Source of the DNA: an uncultured delta proteobacterium
Lineage (GTDB): Bacteria > Desulfobacterota > BSN033 > UBA1163
NCBI GenBank assembly: GCA_963827685.1
Contig: CAWHBU010000004.1
Coordinates: 256,001-320,000 of the forward strand
Direction of reading: 5' to 3'
DNA length: 64,000 bases
Shown: positions 59,742 through 64,000 of the stretch, one piece after another
Position numbering within the stretch: the first letter of the stretch is position 1
How the letters are laid out: every line of letters starts with the position of its first letter
The notes under the pieces: model-generated
Database searches by the model: none
The model's input: the letters and a program-made list of their open reading frames with translations, nothing else
Told to the model about the DNA's origin: nothing
Translations under genes and position numbers: made by a program

Positions 59742-61091
59742 TTATTCCGTTAGACCGTATTTCCTGTAGATTTTTTCGTTGTCCTGCCCGATCCCGCATT
59801 TGGTTGACTTTATCCTGGGCGGCGTTGCGGACATCTTGGGGATTGCCGCGGGAATAATAAATTTGCCGCTTTCCGGATCATCCACTTCTATGAAGTTGTT
59901 GCGGATATTCCAGTGTTTTTCCTGCAGGACTTCTTTGGGTTCTTTTGTCGGAACGATGATGGGGAAGCCTTTGCTGCGCAAGGGGTCGCGGGCTGCCTTG
60001 GCGCTGAAATCAAGGGCCTTGCGGGTGAGTTCATCCCGGGTAAATTTGGAGAATGTTTTCTCGAGTTCGGTCCTCAGCTCCTCGGCCTTATCTACGTCGT
60101 CCACCGTCCGGTCAAATAAGTACCTCCAGTCGTTTTCCAGATCCCACCTGTTGAATAGCTTCAGAAGGCTCCTGAAGTCCGGGTCCAGGGGCGCCGCTAC
60201 AGTTACATAGCCGTCTTTGCATTTGAAAAATCCATAAGGATAGAGGCACCAATCGAATCCGGCGATCCGGTCACGCGGCTTCTCGGAAGTGAACCCCCAG
60301 ACTACCTGAAAACCCTGCCACGCCGTGATGGCATCGTTCGTGGCAATGTCAACCATCTGGCCCTCACCGGTCATTTGCCGGCAAAATAGGGCCGTTAGCG
60401 CACCGGCGACGGCCAGTGCCGCGCTCATATACCACGCTGCCCAGATCCCTGCCTTGAGGGGGTAATTATACGGCTCAGGTTCCCTGGGATCTCCGCTTAT
60501 CGAGGGGTATCCTGACTCCGCCTGTGCTGTCAGGTCTGTATCTGGGATATGGCTTAGCTTTTCCGCCTGCGAAGTGTAGTGGCCATACGGAGAAATCGCT
60601 ACATAGACCAATCCCGGATTTGATCCTTTTAATTGCCTGTAGCCGATGGCGGAGGAGTCCAGTTCCCCGGGTCTCAGGGCATCGATCATAACGTCGGCCT
60701 TATTGGCGAATTTTTTAAAGCTCTCCCGGCCTCCTTCGCTATTCAAATCCAGGGTAATGTAAGATTTGTTCCTGCTTTCCATTAAGAAAGGCAATCCGAC
60801 GCCGTCCACATTTACACCGTAGGGAGTGATCTTCCTGGCCGGATCACCCTCGGGCGGTTCAATCTTAATGACCTCGGCCCCATACTCACCGAGCAGGGTG
60901 GCGGCGGTAATTCCCGCGAAGTTCGCTCGGGTCGCTTCGATGACGGTGATCCCGCTGAGGGCTTCAGGTTTATTCTCGGTAGAGCCCATCATGCCCGTTA
61001 AAAGTTCGTTAAACCTGGCCAGCTGCTCCCCTGCCTTGTTACCTAAGAGGTGTCTGGAATAAACCTGAGGTTTTTTTTCACTTGCCGTCAT
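59742..61091 (-). CDS. family III CoA transferase, probably the non-catalytic subunit
   Basis: GAEVIKIEPPEGD, RNKSYITLDL; catalytic Asp position reads AAWY. Confidence 0.8.
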   Translation of the reverse strand: MTASEKKPQVYSRHLLGNKAGEQLARFNELLTGMMGSTENKPEALSGITVIEATRANFAGITAATLLGEYGAEVIKIEPPEGDPARKITPYGVNVDGVGLPFLMESRNKSYITLDLNSEGGRESFKKFANKADVMIDALRPGELDSSAIGYRQLKGSNPGLVYVAISPYGHYTSQAEKLSHIPDTDLTAQAESGYPSISGDPREPEPYNYPLKAGIWAAWYMSAALAVAGALTALFCRQMTGEGQMVDIATNDAITAWQGFQVVWGFTSEKPRDRIAGFDWCLYPYGFFKCKDGYVTVAAPLDPDFRSLLKLFNRWDLENDWRYLFDRTVDDVDKAEELRTELEKTFSKFTRDELTRKALDFSAKAARDPLRSKGFPIIVPTKEPKEVLQEKHWNIRNNFIEVDDPESGKFIIPAAIPKMSATPPRIKSTKCGIGQDNEKIYRKYGLTE

Positions 61092-62442
61092 TGATTTTGC
61101 CCTCGTCATAGTTAAACATCGCGTCTTTGGAGACATCATAATACGGAGGAGGCTTCTGTCCGACCCGGTTGTCCCAAGTCCCGATAACTTCTTCCTTCCG
61201 GAGTTTCTCGATTTCCTTGGCCGAAAGGCCAAGAAGCTTTTTCAGGACATAATTGTTATGGTAGCCTAATGGTTTGGCGAGCCACTTGATCCTGGCGGGG
61301 TTCTTTTCCAGCATTGCCGTTGGCAATCCCGCTGCCTCCTCCCCGTACATTTCATCGTTGATGTCCACAATACTCCCCCGTTCTCTTCTCCATTCATCTT
61401 TCACGACGCGCAGGTCATCCATGACCTTGCCGGCAGGGAAAGCACACTTTTCGGCCAGCTCAAGGACCTCATCCTCCATCTTGCTGCGGACCCATCGTTC
61501 CACAATCCTATTTATCTCCGCGGCATTTTCAGGTTTTAGCCGCTCCAAAGTATCCCTAAACTTGCTGTCACGAGATAATTCCGGCTCGCCCATTGCCTTT
61601 GCCAAGCCGGAGAATTGTTCGTCCGTCGCGATCGCAATCGCCACGAAATGCCCGTCGGTGGTCTTAAAGATGTTGGATGGGGCCATCGTTGGATCGACAT
61701 TGCCCGTACATTCCAGGTCCTTACCGGCCACACTCATATAGGTCCAGTTGGGCATGATCCTCATAATCGCCTCGGCCTGGGCCATGTCTATATATTGGCC
61801 TTTTCCATATTTGGCTCGGTAGTTGAGCGCAGCCAGCACGGATATGACCCCGAAAAGACCCGGCAGGAAGTCGCCATAATAATCCTGCAGCTTATACGCT
61901 TCCTTTCCGGGAAAGCCGGTAAATCTAGCAACGCCCGACATTGACTGGGCAATCAGGTCCCAGCTTGGGAAAAATCTCAGCGGCCCCCACTGCCCGTACC
62001 CGCTGCAACTGATGTAAATAATCTTGGGATTGATCTGGCTTACTGTGGTATAGCCGATGCCCCACGCTTCAGTCAACCCGGCCCTGAAATTCTCAACAAC
62101 GATATCCGATTTCTTGGCCAGCTCCAGGACCAGTTCCTTGCCCTTCTCTCTCTTTAGATCAATACCGACAAAATATTTATTGGGATTCAGGGCCTGGAAA
62201 TAAGGGTTGGCATCCTTGCGATACTTAGCCCAATAGGTCCCCAACCTCCAGCTATCGCCTTCATCCGGCTCTTCGACCTTAATCACCTCGGCCCCAAAGA
62301 GGGCCAGCCATCGCGAGATCACCGGGCCGAATATGATGCGGGAGAGGTCGAGAACCCTGATCCCCTTAAAAGCTTCCGGTTTCTTGGCCGCTTCAGCGGC
62401 GTTAAAAATCTGCTGGGTAAATGAAAAATAGTTCTCTAACAA
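61078..62442 (-). CDS. family III (CaiB/BaiF) CoA transferase
   Basis: GAEVIKVE, VENFRAG, SGYGQWGP, YGDF catalytic Asp. Confidence 0.9.
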   Translation of the reverse strand: MLENYFSFTQQIFNAAEAAKKPEAFKGIRVLDLSRIIFGPVISRWLALFGAEVIKVEEPDEGDSWRLGTYWAKYRKDANPYFQALNPNKYFVGIDLKREKGKELVLELAKKSDIVVENFRAGLTEAWGIGYTTVSQINPKIIYISCSGYGQWGPLRFFPSWDLIAQSMSGVARFTGFPGKEAYKLQDYYGDFLPGLFGVISVLAALNYRAKYGKGQYIDMAQAEAIMRIMPNWTYMSVAGKDLECTGNVDPTMAPSNIFKTTDGHFVAIAIATDEQFSGLAKAMGEPELSRDSKFRDTLERLKPENAAEINRIVERWVRSKMEDEVLELAEKCAFPAGKVMDDLRVVKDEWRRERGSIVDINDEMYGEEAAGLPTAMLEKNPARIKWLAKPLGYHNNYVLKKLLGLSAKEIEKLRKEEVIGTWDNRVGQKPPPYYDVSKDAMFNYDEGKINDGK

Positions 62443-62452
62443 TTTACGCCCC

Positions 62453-63160
62453 CTACATCCCCAAGTAGACTTCCTTAATATGACCGCTCTCCAAGAGCTT
62501 CTCGCTTGATCCCTCCATGGCGACCCGGCCGTTTTCCAGTATGTAGCCTCGATTCGCGAGTTCGAGGGCCTGCTCGATATTCTGCTCGGCGAGCAGGATG
62601 GTAACCCCCTCCTTATGCAAACTGCCGATGATCTCGTATATCTCGGTGATGGTCTTGGGGGCCAGTCCCAGGGATGGCTCGTCGATCATGAGCAAGTGTG
62701 GTATGGCCATAATACTTCGGCCAATGACCAGCATCTGCTGCTCACCGCCGCTCAGCTTGCTGGGGTTCAGCTTTCCTCTAACCTTCAAGATCGGGAACAT
62801 AGCCAAAACACGCTCCAGCGTTTCATGCCTTTTTTTCCAGGCCTCCCGTCTTCCGGAAGCTCCCATGTAGAGGTTTTCAATCACGGTCAGGTAAGGGAAA
62901 ACTCTTCTCCCTTCAGGTACCTGTTTAATTCCGGCTTTTACAATTTTGCTGGAAGGCAGGTTTTCTATGCGCTGGCCATAAAAGCTGATGCTGCCCGATT
63001 TGGCCCTGCGCAGACCGGAAATCGTATCCAGCATGGTTGTCTTCCCGGCGCCATTTCCACCGAGCAAGGCTACAAACTCACCCTGCCGCACCTCAAAGGA
63101 GGCGTCATAGAGGACTTGCACAATATCGTAAAAAACATTAAGTTTTTCTACTTTGAGCAT
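62453..63160 (-). CDS. livF: ABC transporter ATPase
   Basis: GGNGAGKT, LSGGEQQML. Confidence 0.9.
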   Translation of the reverse strand: MLKVEKLNVFYDIVQVLYDASFEVRQGEFVALLGGNGAGKTTMLDTISGLRRAKSGSISFYGQRIENLPSSKIVKAGIKQVPEGRRVFPYLTVIENLYMGASGRREAWKKRHETLERVLAMFPILKVRGKLNPSKLSGGEQQMLVIGRSIMAIPHLLMIDEPSLGLAPKTITEIYEIIGSLHKEGVTILLAEQNIEQALELANRGYILENGRVAMEGSSEKLLESGHIKEVYLGM

Positions 63161-63884
63161 ACTTTTTGCCTAAATAAGCTTCGATTACAATCGGATCGTT
63201 GACCACGGTTTTCGGCGGACCTTCGGCAATTTTCTTACCGTAACTAAGAACCTCGATGCGGTCCGAAGCCTCCATGATTACTTTCATGACATGTTCAATC
63301 CAGAGGATGGTCAGGCGATATTCTTCTTTCAAGCGCCTGATGAGTCGAATCGCACGCAAACCCTCCCCGGGGTTTAAGCCCGCCATCACTTCATCAATGA
63401 GAATTAACTTGGGGGTAGTTGCCAGCGCCCTGGCCAGTTCCAGCGTCCGGAGCTCGAACAGGGTTAAATCCTTGGCAAGTACATTTCTCTTGCCAAACAA
63501 GCCCACCGTTTCCAGACAATGGGAGGCTTCCAGCAAGGCGTCACCGAAGCTCAGATTGGCTCTGTGCTTCCCACACAGCACGCCGACGACGACATTCGCG
63601 ATCGCGGTCAAATCAGGGAAAGGCTGCGGAATCTGGTAGGTTCGGCTCACCCCCAGGTGACAGATCTTGAACGGCGGTAAGCCCACGATATTCGTCTCCA
63701 GGAAATCGATCTTACCATCATCGGCTTTATACACACCGCTGATCAGGTTGGTCAGCGTTGTCTTCCCGGCACCGTTGGGACCGATCAGGCCGACGATTTC
63801 GCCCTCATGGATATCAAAGCTAACTCCGTCAACAGCCTTTACGGCACCAAACGCTTTGGTCACATTTTCAATTTTCAGAAGCAT
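63138..63884 (-). CDS. livG: ABC transporter ATPase
   Basis: GPNGAGKT, RTYQIPQPF, IEHVM, AYLG. Confidence 0.9.
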   Translation of the reverse strand: MLLKIENVTKAFGAVKAVDGVSFDIHEGEIVGLIGPNGAGKTTLTNLISGVYKADDGKIDFLETNIVGLPPFKICHLGVSRTYQIPQPFPDLTAIANVVVGVLCGKHRANLSFGDALLEASHCLETVGLFGKRNVLAKDLTLFELRTLELARALATTPKLILIDEVMAGLNPGEGLRAIRLIRRLKEEYRLTILWIEHVMKVIMEASDRIEVLSYGKKIAEGPPKTVVNDPIVIEAYLGKKYAQSRKT

Positions 63885-63904
63885 TTTAAAGCCAACAAGT
63901 GGAA

Positions 63905-64000
63905 CTATATTTCTCTTTTACGTAATTTCAATGTCGGATAGTATTCCTTATACCGGTGGCTGCGGTAAAGCCCGTACAACCCCTCTGGTAAAGCCAGCAG
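63905..64000 (-). CDS. C-terminus of a probable ABC permease, truncated by the window edge
   Basis: LLALPEGLYG motif; lies upstream of livG. Confidence 0.6.
   Translation of the reverse strand: MLALPEGLYGLYRSHRYKEYYPTLKLRKREI

Noticed and set aside
20478-63670. Long antisense ORFs (e.g. 20478-21140, 32288-33070, 38778-39446, 62615-63202)
   Set aside because: Shadow frames of well-supported genes, without motifs.

Overview
Bacterial DNA whose gene content (LIV-type ABC clusters, acyl-CoA ligases, family III CoA transferases, DUF6125/DUF3795 and 4Fe-4S proteins) suggests an anaerobic Desulfobacterota/Syntrophales-like genome; this taxonomy is inference. There are three zones. (1) 1-21.2 kb: a co-oriented + strand run of about 25 small accessory genes with many paralogs, gene remnants, degenerate attC-like hairpins, two identical 539-bp IS200 copies that each split a gene at the same target motif, and two MITEs. 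It ends in an aspartate-racemase-like gene and a dapF-like gene, both lacking their catalytic cysteines. (2) 21.2-31.3 kb: a rearrangement mosaic. The dapF 3' end recurs three times, and cargo genes are bounded by GGACGTCCCC-type ends of a decayed REP-associated (Y1/RAYT) transposase element. It also holds a minus-strand, integrase-less cassette-like array with HEPN-motif genes and a YunG-like/UDG-like gene pair. (3) 31.4-64 kb: lipid/fatty-acid uptake and catabolism genes (three LIV-type ABC sets, four acyl-CoA ligases, a secreted lipase, SDRs, FAD oxidoreductases, a CoA-transferase pair), with many short palindromic and 7-nt-periodic intergenic elements. No rRNA, tRNA, CRISPR array, intI, tnpB or reverse transcriptase was recognised. 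All family calls come from motif recognition, not database searches.
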